Shown here: positions 48,818 through 58,150 of the stretch, piece after piece
Position numbering within the stretch: the first letter of the stretch is position 1
Layout: each line of letters starts with the position of its first letter
Source of the DNA: Anaerolineae bacterium
GTDB lineage: Bacteria; Chloroflexota; Anaerolineae; UBA1429
Length of the DNA: 64,000 bases
Direction of reading: 5' to 3'
NCBI GenBank assembly: GCA_963675785.1
Contig: OY776562.1
Span: 2,944,001-3,008,000 of the forward strand
Notes under the pieces: model-generated
The model's database searches: none
What the model saw: only the letters and a program-made list of their open reading frames with translations
What the model was told of the DNA's origin: nothing
Program-made: the position numbers and the translations under genes

Positions 48818-49563
48818 TGCAGCCTTTTCATGAGACTCGCAAATTCAGGTGTGTACAGGTTCTCTCTAATTCGCGGTCGGGCTATATGAATATCAAGAGA
48901 TTCTGTGATATAGCCTGGTCGCGACGACATGACTAAAACACGATCAGATAGATAGATCGCTTCTTCGATGTTGTGCGTAACCATCAGAACCGTTTTTCGA
49001 TCTACAGACCAGATTCGTAACAGCTCGTCATTCATGTGTTCACGGGTTAGCGCATCCAGAGATCCAAAAGGTTCATCCAATAGTAATGCGCGCGGCTCAT
49101 GAACCAAGGCCCTCGCTAGGGCAACCCGTTGCTGCATTCCCCCGGAGAGCTCTCGCGGCAGGGCTTGCTCAAACCCACTCAAGCCCACCAGATCGATGAC
49201 AGCTAGGGCCTTTTCTCTGGCCAGTTTTTCGTGTGTACCGCGTAATATGAGCGGCAACTCGACATTTGCGATGGTTGTGCGCCAGGGCATGAGGTTGGGA
49301 TGTTGAAAAACAAAGCCAATGCGAGGTCGTGGTGCAGTAACCGGTGTGCTCTCAAAAAAGACCTCGCCGCTAGAGGGTTGAACTAACCCCCCGAGGATGC
49401 GTAATAGCGTAGATTTGCCGCATCCTGAGGGGCCGATGATACTTACAAATTCGCCGTCATCCAGCGCCAATGATGTCTCGCCCAATGCCTCTAGGTGGCG
49501 ATCGGGGCCATCGTAGAAGGTCATGGAAACGTTTTGCGCTACGAGTACAGCGTTTGGGTTCAT
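48790..49563 (-). CDS. ABC ATP-binding protein (NitT/TauT type), probable riboflavin uptake
   Basis: GPSGCGKS, LSGGMQQR, LLDEPF; in the FMN-riboswitch operon. Confidence 0.9.
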   Translation of the reverse strand: MNPNAVLVAQNVSMTFYDGPDRHLEALGETSLALDDGEFVSIIGPSGCGKSTLLRILGGLVQPSSGEVFFESTPVTAPRPRIGFVFQHPNLMPWRTTIANVELPLILRGTHEKLAREKALAVIDLVGLSGFEQALPRELSGGMQQRVALARALVHEPRALLLDEPFGSLDALTREHMNDELLRIWSVDRKTVLMVTHNIEEAIYLSDRVLVMSSRPGYITESLDIHIARPRIRENLYTPEFASLMKRLHHSLATGSA

Positions 49564-50534
49564 GGTAGAAATTCGTTTGTGTATGCAGTCTGTGGATCAA
49601 TCGTACCTGCTAGCACGTCCAGTTCTTGCATCAGGGTTACCGACTCATCCCAGGCAGCAGCATCATATTTGCCAAGCTCGTCTGCCTGCCAAATGGTCAA
49701 ACATGCCTCTAGTACCTGTCGTTGTAGTACTGCAGATTCATCATCCATCTCGGGGATTGCCGCGCGTGTGATCTCAAAGGCAGCATCAGGATCCTCAAGC
49801 GTGTCTTGTAATCCTTTTTGAAAGGCGGCAAGCATATGCTGTATCAATTCGGGGCTCTCTTCAATGATGCTTTCGCTAGTGACAATACCATTGGAGGGAA
49901 GCGACGTGTATTCCTGTAGATCGAATACGTTCACCTCATAGCCCATGCTTGCCAATTGCACGGGTTCGTTCATGGTGTAGCAGATGGCGGCGTCAACTCG
50001 TCCTTCTGTAAGGCTAGCAACTTGGGTATAGCCAATGACCTGAAGATTGACATCCGCATCATCAAACCCCATCTCTTTCGCCAGAGCCAACCAACCAATA
50101 TAGCTGGCGCCATAATTCGATGGTGTTCCCACAGTTTTCCCTTCCAAATCAGCCGGTTCTGAAATGCTACTGGATTCCAGACTCACGACACATACGGGAA
50201 AGTGTTGATACCAATTGTATACACACTCGACCGGCAAATCATTGCTTCTTGCCAGAATAACCTGATCACCACTGGTGATAGCAAACTCGACTTCGTCTGC
50301 CGCCAGGCGCTGCAATAGATCGGTCTCCATGCCATAGTCTAGCGTGAGCTCAATGCCTTCATCCTCAAAATAGCCGCGTTCGATTGCAACATAAACCGGT
50401 GTGAATTGCACACTGGGTATGTAACCCATTGCCATTGTAACTGGGGTCAGTTCTTCTGGTGCAGGGGTGCTGGTTTGGGCACAACCGGACAGTAAGAGCA
50501 GGCAGACTAACGAAAAGTATAACGCACGTCGCAT
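49560..50534 (-). CDS. ABC substrate-binding lipoprotein, NMT1/THI5-like (RibY-like)
   Basis: Lipobox LSGC; GYIPSVQF; under FMN riboswitch control. Confidence 0.85.
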   Translation of the reverse strand: MRRALYFSLVCLLLLSGCAQTSTPAPEELTPVTMAMGYIPSVQFTPVYVAIERGYFEDEGIELTLDYGMETDLLQRLAADEVEFAITSGDQVILARSNDLPVECVYNWYQHFPVCVVSLESSSISEPADLEGKTVGTPSNYGASYIGWLALAKEMGFDDADVNLQVIGYTQVASLTEGRVDAAICYTMNEPVQLASMGYEVNVFDLQEYTSLPSNGIVTSESIIEESPELIQHMLAAFQKGLQDTLEDPDAAFEITRAAIPEMDDESAVLQRQVLEACLTIWQADELGKYDAAAWDESVTLMQELDVLAGTIDPQTAYTNEFLP

Positions 50535-50594
50535 AATTTTATTCCTCCAGGATTGCCATCTATTCAGCCAGATATTGGCTTTATCTGTTTCATA

Positions 50595-51407
50595 TCAACG
50601 CCGGGATAACAGCCGTTTTTCCAGGGTGTCTACGGCAAAGTAGAGTATCAGGGCGACTATCATGAGGGTGATCAAGGCGACAAAAAGCAACGAGGTATCA
50701 AAAAGCCCCCGTGCCAGATTGATCAGGTAGCCAAGGCCGCGGTCGGCAGCGACAAATTCACCGACGACGGCGCCAATAACTGACAGCGTAACCCCTACTT
50801 TGATGCCCGCCAGCAACACGGGTAGTGCCGCGGGGATTTCCAAGAGCCTAAAACGTTGCCATCGTGTTGAGCCTAGCGAGCGCATCAGCTCATCTAATTC
50901 TTGAGGGACTGATCTCACGGCTACCACGGTATTGATCAACACGGGGAAAAAGAGCGTAAGTGCACAAACCAGCACTTTGGAGAGACTGCCGGTGCCGAAC
51001 CAGATAACCAACAAAGGAGCCAAGGCCACGATAGGGATGGCCTGCGACGCTACGAGATAGGGCGAAAGGATTCTTTCAACAAGTGGGGATTTCGCCAGCA
51101 CATAACCTAGAAAAAGAGCAACAGTAAGCCCCAGTGCCAAACCTTCTAGCACTTCGGTAAGGGTTATCGATATGTGATACAGCAAAGTGCCGTCGCTTAG
51201 CACGTCGGAAAAGCGTTCAACAACGTCACGAGGAGAAGGCAACAAAAACGTAGGATAGTTCTGCCAGCGAACTAGCAGATCCCAGAGCACTAGAGCGATT
51301 AATAGGGTAATGGGGATAATCGCATATTCCCAACCTGCGATGCCAGGGCGATGAGCGGCAGTATTCTGTTTGTTGTGGTATCTTGAAGAGTGCTTGAAAA
51401 AAGCCAT
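50595..51407 (-). CDS. ABC permease (RibX-like)
   Basis: LPSP, PIVALAPL, GAVVGEF; first gene after the FMN riboswitch; start codon uncertain. Confidence 0.85.
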   Translation of the reverse strand: MAFFKHSSRYHNKQNTAAHRPGIAGWEYAIIPITLLIALVLWDLLVRWQNYPTFLLPSPRDVVERFSDVLSDGTLLYHISITLTEVLEGLALGLTVALFLGYVLAKSPLVERILSPYLVASQAIPIVALAPLLVIWFGTGSLSKVLVCALTLFFPVLINTVVAVRSVPQELDELMRSLGSTRWQRFRLLEIPAALPVLLAGIKVGVTLSVIGAVVGEFVAADRGLGYLINLARGLFDTSLLFVALITLMIVALILYFAVDTLEKRLLSRR

Positions 51408-51408
51408 A

Positions 51409-51450
51409 AAGAAACCCCGCACTGCATGAAATGCACAGCCACGGGGACGT
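51409..51450 (-). terminator. Expression-platform terminator of the FMN riboswitch
   Basis: CCCCGTGGCTGTGCATTTCATGCAGTGCGGGG hairpin followed by TTTCTTT on the minus strand. Confidence 0.6.
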
Positions 51451-51461
51451 AAACACTTTTT

Positions 51462-51592
51462 ACCTTCTCTTATCCGGACTATACCGTCGGTTCTGGAATC
51501 TCACCAGATCAGCTTTACGCTCGCGGACTTGCCATTTGGCTTACCGCCGATCGGGAATTGACCTCTCAGTCTCACCCTGCCCCGAAGGCTGT
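51462..51592 (-). ncRNA. FMN riboswitch (RFN element)
   Basis: CTTCGGGGCAGGGTGA...AATTCCCGATCGGCGGT...AGTCCGCGAGC...GATCTGGTGAGATTCCAGAACCGACGGTATAGTCCGGATAAGAGAAG. Confidence 0.95.
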
Positions 51593-51607
51593 TCAATTGT
51601 GAGCATT

Positions 51608-51636
51608 ATTATAATGTCGAGAAGGATGACTGTCAA
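51608..51636 (-). promoter_or_regulatory. Consensus sigma70 promoter for the riboswitch operon
   Basis: TTGACA-17 nt-TATAAT. Confidence 0.8.
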
Positions 51637-52697
51637 TTGATGGTGCGATCATAGATAAGCTGAAGGTTTACCTCGGGCAAAAAGGCAATTCTGCCTGAAG
51701 AAAGCCTCACTTCAGCACCAGCTACAACGGTACTGTTGTGGTGTGCAAGCCGCTGCTTTCCGGGCGCGACGATTGTAGCTGTTTCTCCATGATGCGGTCC
51801 CCGAAGAATTCGGACCAACGTTCCAGGGCGCATCTCAAACCGTAGTTCTATAGTGTTTGCGGGAGCAGATTGATCTACAGGGATGATGATAGCATGATCG
51901 CTATAGGGCGGAGCTGCTTCGATATAAGCCTGCATGCCCTCCAGTTCTTGCAGGGTTTTGAGCAGAGGACCCGATAAGGTGTGTTCGCCGAGCCCTACGA
52001 TGAGCATAAGGGGAGTGTGGTACTCGGCAAAGCTTTCTACCATGTTTGGGGGCATACTGCTGGCAACGACCCCCGCAAGATGGAACATCTGGGCTCGTTT
52101 GAGAACAGCAATGTCTGACAAACACCCACCAACGAGAATACAACCCTCGTGTTCCTCGCTTATATCCTCAGGTAACATACAAGGTCCCGGAAGATTTTGG
52201 GCTAGCAAAAGCTTGCCAGCGGCTGATCCTCTTCGCCATGCTCCCGAGATGAAGGCAGCTTTGGTTTCAATGGTGATATAGTTCCTTTCGGACACACTGA
52301 CAACAAGGCCGGGGAGGGCAGCTACAGCACTTGTCGGCTCGTGTTGTTTGTGCAGATAAAGAGTGCCTCGATCATAGTGCCCTACAACGATATCTGCAGG
52401 GGATACAATCTGATGATTGGTGAACCAACGCCTGTGGGAGGCGAGCAGCTCTCCTTGGAGGACCTGCTGACCAGGGCGAACACGCAATGTTTTGATCGCT
52501 GCAGTGGGCGAGACATGGAAACTTTGGGCAATGGGGATGGATAGAATATCCAGCGAAGGGAGAACTGTCTGGATGATCATCTGATTCTCTTGAACCAGTT
52601 CCCCCTCGCTAACAAGTACCCTGGTTTCTCCAGGAAGCTGGTAATGTCTTTGGATGCGGGCACTTTTGAGCAGTGCAGGACTAGCCGAGTGGTTCAT
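51633..52697 (-). CDS. Conserved hypothetical protein with barrel-sandwich hybrid-like motifs and a C-terminal KOW-like motif
   Basis: VLVSEGELV and VRPGQQVLQGELLA hybrid-type motifs; PGTLVRILRGPHHG; overlaps the GlmL-like gene. Confidence 0.7.
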   Translation of the reverse strand: MNHSASPALLKSARIQRHYQLPGETRVLVSEGELVQENQMIIQTVLPSLDILSIPIAQSFHVSPTAAIKTLRVRPGQQVLQGELLASHRRWFTNHQIVSPADIVVGHYDRGTLYLHKQHEPTSAVAALPGLVVSVSERNYITIETKAAFISGAWRRGSAAGKLLLAQNLPGPCMLPEDISEEHEGCILVGGCLSDIAVLKRAQMFHLAGVVASSMPPNMVESFAEYHTPLMLIVGLGEHTLSGPLLKTLQELEGMQAYIEAAPPYSDHAIIIPVDQSAPANTIELRFEMRPGTLVRILRGPHHGETATIVAPGKQRLAHHNSTVVAGAEVRLSSGRIAFLPEVNLQLIYDRTIN

Positions 52698-54405
52698 CGA
52701 GTGCCCTCAGCCAGCCCTCGATTTTCTCCTGTTGCGTGGCCTGGCGTACATTAGCAGAATTGCTGTGGCGTGTATCTACGACAAGACCAAGCCCTCCTCC
52801 ATATACGGCGGATCTTCCACCACGGCCAGGTCTTCCAAGCCCAATATCGACACCGCGATGGGGAAGGACCTTTATAACCGCAGTTTGTGATCGTTCCAGC
52901 GCGATTCGTGCGATTGTGCCTGTACTAATCTGCATCTCTGCGCTTGTACCCGAATCCAAAGAATATTCGAGTTTCATGGCGCGGTCTCCACGAGGTTTCC
53001 CTTGTGAGGAAATCACTGTGGCCATAGGTGTCAGGGCGTCATTTTCTAGCACTTGAAGTGCTGCGAGTGGGGCAATCCTGGCTAGTGCGCCAAGCTGAGG
53101 CAGCAGGGCTTGATCATCGATCAAGAATCTCGAAAGCCCGGTGGGCTGCAAGGCTTTGAGAATGGAGAGCAACGCAGCCCCGCTTTTTTCAGCGCCGGAA
53201 AAGGCCTGGCTCTGAACAACATAGAGATCAGCAGAATTGGGCGGTGGTGCCTGAGTGTGCTGTCGAGCATGGATCTCTACAAAATTATCCCGCGCTTCTT
53301 GAATGCGTATGGATGCCCAAGTAAGCATCGCTAGGTGTTCTTCAAAGGTTTGGGCCATTGATGAGGGATTGGCCAGAGCGTCGGTCAACATCTGGGCAAT
53401 CTCTTCTCGGCTGATTGGTTTAGGCCAGGCTTCCAGAATGCGTTCCACGTCTTGTTCGAGCATCAAATCCGTTAGTTGGGTTCTCTGCCATAACCACTGG
53501 TAATCATCGTCGTGGGCTGCCGCAATCACGACCTCCATTGGGCTGGCTGCTGTAATCAGGACACCTCTTCGGTTCGTATTAGAATGGGCTATAAAGCGCG
53601 CAGTGAGACCTATAGCTCGTGGCGTTGAGATGATGGGGGCATCCGCCCATTCCTGGACACGTGCAAAACCAGTGCACCGGCTGGCACACTGGTTTTCATA
53701 GCAACTCAATACCTCTCTCTGCAATTCTGAGGGGGCCTCGGTATCGGGAGTGGGCCTCACGTTATCGACAACAGAAAAGGGCAAAAAGCCTTCGATGTTG
53801 CGAATGACGGTTCTCCTAGCCTCAAGATTACCTGCATAGATAAGATGAGGCACACGGGACGGTGAGGCTTGGTAGAGCATGGCCAACGATCTGGCAGCTG
53901 CCTGAATGGGTTTGGTACTGCCCTGGTCGGTTCCCCCTGCCAGAACGATCAAATCTGGAGGATCCTGAGCAAGCGCAGTCAGTGTATCTCCGGTCCATGG
54001 TGACGAGGATTCTCCGATGCCCAGGGTCATTTCGATAATTGCGCCGGAGGCTTCAACTGCTCGTCGTGCACTATCTAGCGAATACGCGTTGGTGAGCCCA
54101 ATTACAACAGTACGCAGTGCTGGCGCGGCGCTAGTCGTTACGATCAAAGAATCGATTCCGAAACCGCTCTCTTGTCTGGGTTTGATGGGACCGGTGTCTC
54201 CCCAGAGTCGCCGTTGTATAACTTCTTCTAGCGCGCTCACCGAATTTCTCAAGCTGGATTCCAGATCGGGATTCACGCCAGACCAGATCGTGGCACTTTG
54301 TCCCTTGGCTACAAAGCGATAGACTCCCTCGACGGGTTCGATGAGAGCAGTATGCGTTATAGTTTGGCCAATATCGGCAACGAGAATGGAAAAAGGACTC
54401 TGCAT
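52681..54405 (-). CDS. Glutamate mutase L (GlmL)-like ASKHA/actin-fold protein
   Basis: VADIGQTIT, SAAPALRTVVIGL, PDLIVLAGGTDQG, IYAGN, DNVRP, TPRA. Confidence 0.8.
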   Translation of the reverse strand: MQSPFSILVADIGQTITHTALIEPVEGVYRFVAKGQSATIWSGVNPDLESSLRNSVSALEEVIQRRLWGDTGPIKPRQESGFGIDSLIVTTSAAPALRTVVIGLTNAYSLDSARRAVEASGAIIEMTLGIGESSSPWTGDTLTALAQDPPDLIVLAGGTDQGSTKPIQAAARSLAMLYQASPSRVPHLIYAGNLEARRTVIRNIEGFLPFSVVDNVRPTPDTEAPSELQREVLSCYENQCASRCTGFARVQEWADAPIISTPRAIGLTARFIAHSNTNRRGVLITAASPMEVVIAAAHDDDYQWLWQRTQLTDLMLEQDVERILEAWPKPISREEIAQMLTDALANPSSMAQTFEEHLAMLTWASIRIQEARDNFVEIHARQHTQAPPPNSADLYVVQSQAFSGAEKSGAALLSILKALQPTGLSRFLIDDQALLPQLGALARIAPLAALQVLENDALTPMATVISSQGKPRGDRAMKLEYSLDSGTSAEMQISTGTIARIALERSQTAVIKVLPHRGVDIGLGRPGRGGRSAVYGGGLGLVVDTRHSNSANVRQATQQEKIEGWLRALDEPLG

Positions 54406-54407
54406 AG

Positions 54408-55106
54408 CTACAGCCCCACTTGTTCAATGATCAGAGGTATACCCACAGTTAAGAAATCGATGCGTTCGAGCAAGAGAGTGTAAAAAGTTAACAATGCACC
54501 ACTCAAGAGAGCTCCAAGTACTATGGCGATGACGGCTTTTCCCATCCTGCCCAGGCCGCTAGAGATGCGCTCCAAAGCATTAGGCAAGCCTCTGCCATGT
54601 AACGAGATATAGTGAAAGGCTGCCAGCGTCGAGATGGTGCACAGAATCATGATGACGGCGTCCAATGCAAAGCTGGTCCCTGAGAGTCCCGATCCATACG
54701 CGTCGGGCGAAAGTGATTTGATCGTTGCCTCTGTTTGAGGCAATAACGTACCAGAAAGCGTGCCCCCCAGCGCCAACCCTGCCCCGACACTTACAAGCAG
54801 TATGAGGGGGATGCGAGCAAGTCCTGATATCCCCGGGGTGGTCCTGACAAAAAGAGCTAGACCAATGAGGATGAACACCCCGTAATACCAGTATGCAGCA
54901 GGTTCCTGAAGGAACAGGGCCAACCGTGTAATGAGAACCTGCCGCCAAACGACTGCTCCCACATAGCCTGCTGTGATTCCTACCAAGATGTGTTGTGAAA
55001 ATAGCGAGACTTTGCGGTTGATCAGACCGATGAGAACAAGAATGGTCAGCGCACAGGCAACGATCAACCCGATCGTACCCGGTTCCGTGGTTAGTGTGAT
55101 TAGCAT
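54408..55106 (-). CDS. Conserved multi-TM membrane protein of the GlmL-like operon
   Basis: 6-7 TMs; HILVGITAGY; ATG at 55106. Confidence 0.72.
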   Translation of the reverse strand: MLITLTTEPGTIGLIVACALTILVLIGLINRKVSLFSQHILVGITAGYVGAVVWRQVLITRLALFLQEPAAYWYYGVFILIGLALFVRTTPGISGLARIPLILLVSVGAGLALGGTLSGTLLPQTEATIKSLSPDAYGSGLSGTSFALDAVIMILCTISTLAAFHYISLHGRGLPNALERISSGLGRMGKAVIAIVLGALLSGALLTFYTLLLERIDFLTVGIPLIIEQVGL

Positions 55107-55110
55107 AGCA

Positions 55111-56445
55111 CTAGCGTCCGACGCTTTCGTGCGATTTAGTCCATGTTCCCCATATTGCCAGCACAAGCACACCAACGAGCAAAAACAGGCTCGCATCACT
55201 ACCACGGATTTGCGATTCCTCGTCTGGTGTTGCCGATACGCCACTTACTAAAAGATCCAATTGCCCCGAATCCTCATAGGGCAGCAGAAGAGGGTAGATT
55301 CTTTCGGTAACGACCATCTGAATGGGAATATCTACCTGCGAGCCAAACAGCTCAATCCAAGCCAGAGATGTTTCCAGACTATCGCTGAATACCAAAACGC
55401 GACTTACCTGGGTGGCGTTTTGGGTGCTCTCGGTCGTGCAAAGGGGAAAGGCAGCTTGCCAAGACTGTGCCAACAGACGCAACCCTGTCTGCCCAGGTGT
55501 ATAGCCGAGGTCTGTCCACTCTACACTGAGTGTGTCTGCCTCCAGGCTCGAAAGCACAAGTGCAGACATATCGGCGGCCGTGGTACGAGTTGTCATGGTT
55601 AGCACTGGGACCTGACGAACGACCAACGTATTCAGCACGTTCTTTGCGACGGGTAAAAGCTCACCGGCGTAAGAGGCATCATAATCAAAAGATATGAGCA
55701 CGGGCTGGTCTGTAGGAACGATGGCTAGCTCCGAAGCTAACAATCCGCTTGCTGATTCGTCTGTGGTCAGCGCATCAGTGATCTGTCCTTTGGTTAAAAA
55801 AGGCAGTAAAGCCAGGGCAAAAGTAAGAATATAGATGAGAAAGCGCTGTCGAGGCGTTGTGCGCTTTTCCTGGCTTTCCGAAAGGTTGTGTCTTCCCTCG
55901 TCCATTGGTGCATGTTTAATGCCGATCTGTTGCCAGAGTCTGGCTAGCTGATTTTCTCGCGAGGTAGGGCGACGGTACCCCGGAGCGGATGAATCTGGCT
56001 GTTCCATTGTTCGTGTATTGATGTCGAGAATATCATCAATGTTTCCCAGCTCATCATCTGGAGAGGGCACGAGTTGGGGCCAGGATGATTCCTCTGTGCT
56101 TGAGATAGATGTAATGGGCAACTGCTCTTGGGCAAAGTCATCCTCAATTGGCGCTGCAGGGTGCATAGCTTGTTTGTCGGTCTGATCATCAGTGAGCTCC
56201 GGCTCGGATGCTTTTTCCTCAGTCTGATCAGGTTCGGCCGAGATAACTTTGGGACTCGCAGCCAAGGCCTTTTCCGTCTCAGCTGTGGGGTGCAAAAGGC
56301 TAAAGCAGCTTACGCAATAGAGGTCTTGAATCGAATTTGTCGCGCCGCAGTGAGGGCACTGCATCGTCGTGAGATGCCGCCCACAAGATTTGCACTGCTC
56401 AGCTCCCGGTTTATTACTGGCCTGACAAAATGGACAGATTGTCAT
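55111..56445 (-). CDS. Double zinc-ribbon, acidic linker, TM, extracytoplasmic alpha/beta domain, TM
   Basis: Four CxxC pairs; VLISFDYD...GEL, DLGYTPG, WIE, SGQL. Confidence 0.75.
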   Translation of the reverse strand: MTICPFCQASNKPGAEQCKSCGRHLTTMQCPHCGATNSIQDLYCVSCFSLLHPTAETEKALAASPKVISAEPDQTEEKASEPELTDDQTDKQAMHPAAPIEDDFAQEQLPITSISSTEESSWPQLVPSPDDELGNIDDILDINTRTMEQPDSSAPGYRRPTSRENQLARLWQQIGIKHAPMDEGRHNLSESQEKRTTPRQRFLIYILTFALALLPFLTKGQITDALTTDESASGLLASELAIVPTDQPVLISFDYDASYAGELLPVAKNVLNTLVVRQVPVLTMTTRTTAADMSALVLSSLEADTLSVEWTDLGYTPGQTGLRLLAQSWQAAFPLCTTESTQNATQVSRVLVFSDSLETSLAWIELFGSQVDIPIQMVVTERIYPLLLPYEDSGQLDLLVSGVSATPDEESQIRGSDASLFLLVGVLVLAIWGTWTKSHESVGR

Positions 56446-56452
56446 TTAGATG

Positions 56453-57064
56453 CTATTCCTCCGCTTCAGCGATTGTGTTCTTGCCAGCCAGAAGACGAAT
56501 TGATGATGTGGCAACACCTATAGCCGTGCCGATGAGAATACCCCGGGCTCCGTACGCGATTGGAGAGGCGTATAGCCACTGGCGTAGTGAGACAAAGATG
56601 GGCGATATGGATGCGGAAATCGGCAATTGTATGAACAAAAGCACAAGGCATGTGCCCAGCATGAGTGCGGCTTCGATACCCTTGGTATGAAAATGCAAAA
56701 AGGCAGTCTCCATAACATAAAAAATGAGAATAGCGGTAAAGGTCGATTGCAGCGGGATTAGCACATATTCATAGGTCCAAAGACGTGTACTGGCATTGGG
56801 CAATACACCCATGACAAATGTACCAAGGAGGCAAATCAGTGTGATAATTGCTCCCGGCCGGCTGCTTTTCTCTTCCAATCTTTCGGCGTTGTGATACAGC
56901 AGATTGATGACGCCAGCCAGAACAGCCATTCCTCCGATGATGATGGTCCCTTCTAAAAGGATGTGCCCTATTTCGTCGAGCCAAGGTATGGAAAGGAACA
57001 TATCTGCGACGATTATCAGGCCGCAGATCAATCCCAAAATGACAAGGATTCGTTTCTTGATCAT
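56453..57064 (-). CDS. Conserved multi-TM membrane protein of the GlmL-like operon
   Basis: About 6 TMs; PLQSTF, EAALML, GARGILIGTAIG..SIRLLAG. Confidence 0.72.
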   Translation of the reverse strand: MIKKRILVILGLICGLIIVADMFLSIPWLDEIGHILLEGTIIIGGMAVLAGVINLLYHNAERLEEKSSRPGAIITLICLLGTFVMGVLPNASTRLWTYEYVLIPLQSTFTAILIFYVMETAFLHFHTKGIEAALMLGTCLVLLFIQLPISASISPIFVSLRQWLYASPIAYGARGILIGTAIGVATSSIRLLAGKNTIAEAEE

Positions 57065-57813
57065 GTAAAAGATACCACGATTGAACCAACAATGATGATT
57101 GCAGTAATGGCCATTCTTACAAGATCGTGCCAGACAAGCCTACTCTCGCCATTAGAATCTTGTTCTGTGTTTGCCGAATAAGCCAATACATCTTCTCCCA
57201 TAACGCAGATATCGCTCACGGGACTAAGCAGAACCCAATCTGCGGGGTTTATCGCGCCAACGATACGAACGTGAGCTTGTGGGTGGTTATTTATGAAAAC
57301 AAGACTTTCGGTTGGCGTGTCACCCCACATGATAATTGATTCAGCACCGGATTCTCGAGCCTCTTGTGCTGACTCTAGTCCTGCTACGATAGGCGATGAT
57401 CCAGAAGCTAGAACGCTTGTAGGAGAAAGAATGCGGCCGTTTTTCTCATTCTCATCCTGGGCAATCGCGTCTATTGCGCAATAGAGCGATGCTGCGCCGA
57501 TCGCCTGTCGGACTGGCGCTTCTGCCATCGCAGCACGTTTGGCCAGCTTTTTGCCCAGCTCCAATGTGGCAGCATCCTGCGGCTTGATGATTAAAGCATC
57601 TGTACGCCCTGCACTTAGGAACACGGGGATATCCTGCTCGGCAGCTTCGGCGGCAATGAAAGGCAAGCCCCGGAGCGGATTAGCATGTGTCAAACGGATG
57701 GAGCGCCGTGACCTTGATAAAGGCACTGCAGTGGCACAAAGAACCAGCAAAACACCGATTGCCAGCGCTATTTGCCAGCCGTTTGTGTATTCCCACATCC
57801 AAATATCCGTCAT
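57061..57813 (-). CDS. DUF6754-like membrane protein
   Basis: N- and C-terminal TMs flanking an alpha/beta domain; AEAAEQDIPVFLSAG and VMGEDVLAYSA resemble the recalled family pattern. Confidence 0.6.
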   Translation of the reverse strand: MTDIWMWEYTNGWQIALAIGVLLVLCATAVPLSRSRRSIRLTHANPLRGLPFIAAEAAEQDIPVFLSAGRTDALIIKPQDAATLELGKKLAKRAAMAEAPVRQAIGAASLYCAIDAIAQDENEKNGRILSPTSVLASGSSPIVAGLESAQEARESGAESIIMWGDTPTESLVFINNHPQAHVRIVGAINPADWVLLSPVSDICVMGEDVLAYSANTEQDSNGESRLVWHDLVRMAITAIIIVGSIVVSFT

Positions 57814-57992
57814 GATCTGTTTCCATGGGGGATGAGACTATCGTCTTTTCCATCGGGTATTTTGTCTGCGTCGGCCTGAATTCCCAGTTTGGGGAATAGG
57901 GGCTCAAGAAGATCACAAAGCCCTTGAATGATTGGCGAAATGCGATCATCCGCAAAGACGAGTTTTGACTCTTTTTGAGGCATTGTCTTCAC
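57810..57992 (-). CDS. Small hypothetical protein, first gene of the operon
   Basis: GAGGAG SD before GTG at 57992; ATGA overlap with the next gene. Confidence 0.5.
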   Translation of the reverse strand: MKTMPQKESKLVFADDRISPIIQGLCDLLEPLFPKLGIQADADKIPDGKDDSLIPHGNRS

Positions 57993-58057
57993 GGGTTTTC
58001 TCCTCATTACCGACAGCGTTGGCGCGAGTATACCATTTGCAAGGGAGCGTCGCAACC

Positions 58058-58134
58058 GCTTGACAGGATCCGTCAAGCTGGTTATCTTTTGTACGCATAA
58101 TCATTCGGTAACGAAATATTCGGTTCCTAACGAA
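58058..58134 (+). promoter_or_regulatory. marR promoter with operator-like inverted repeats
   Basis: TTGACA(58060)-17 nt-TATCTT; GCTTGAC-N7-GTCAAGC; tandem TTCG/CGAA palindromes at 58104-58134. Confidence 0.6.
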
Positions 58135-58150
58135 CCCCGGAGGTCTCAGC

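Noticed and set aside
52681-54405. DNA mismatch repair MutL or a functional glutamate mutase locus
   Set aside because: Motifs are ASKHA/GlmL type, not GHKL, and no glmS/glmE is in the window.
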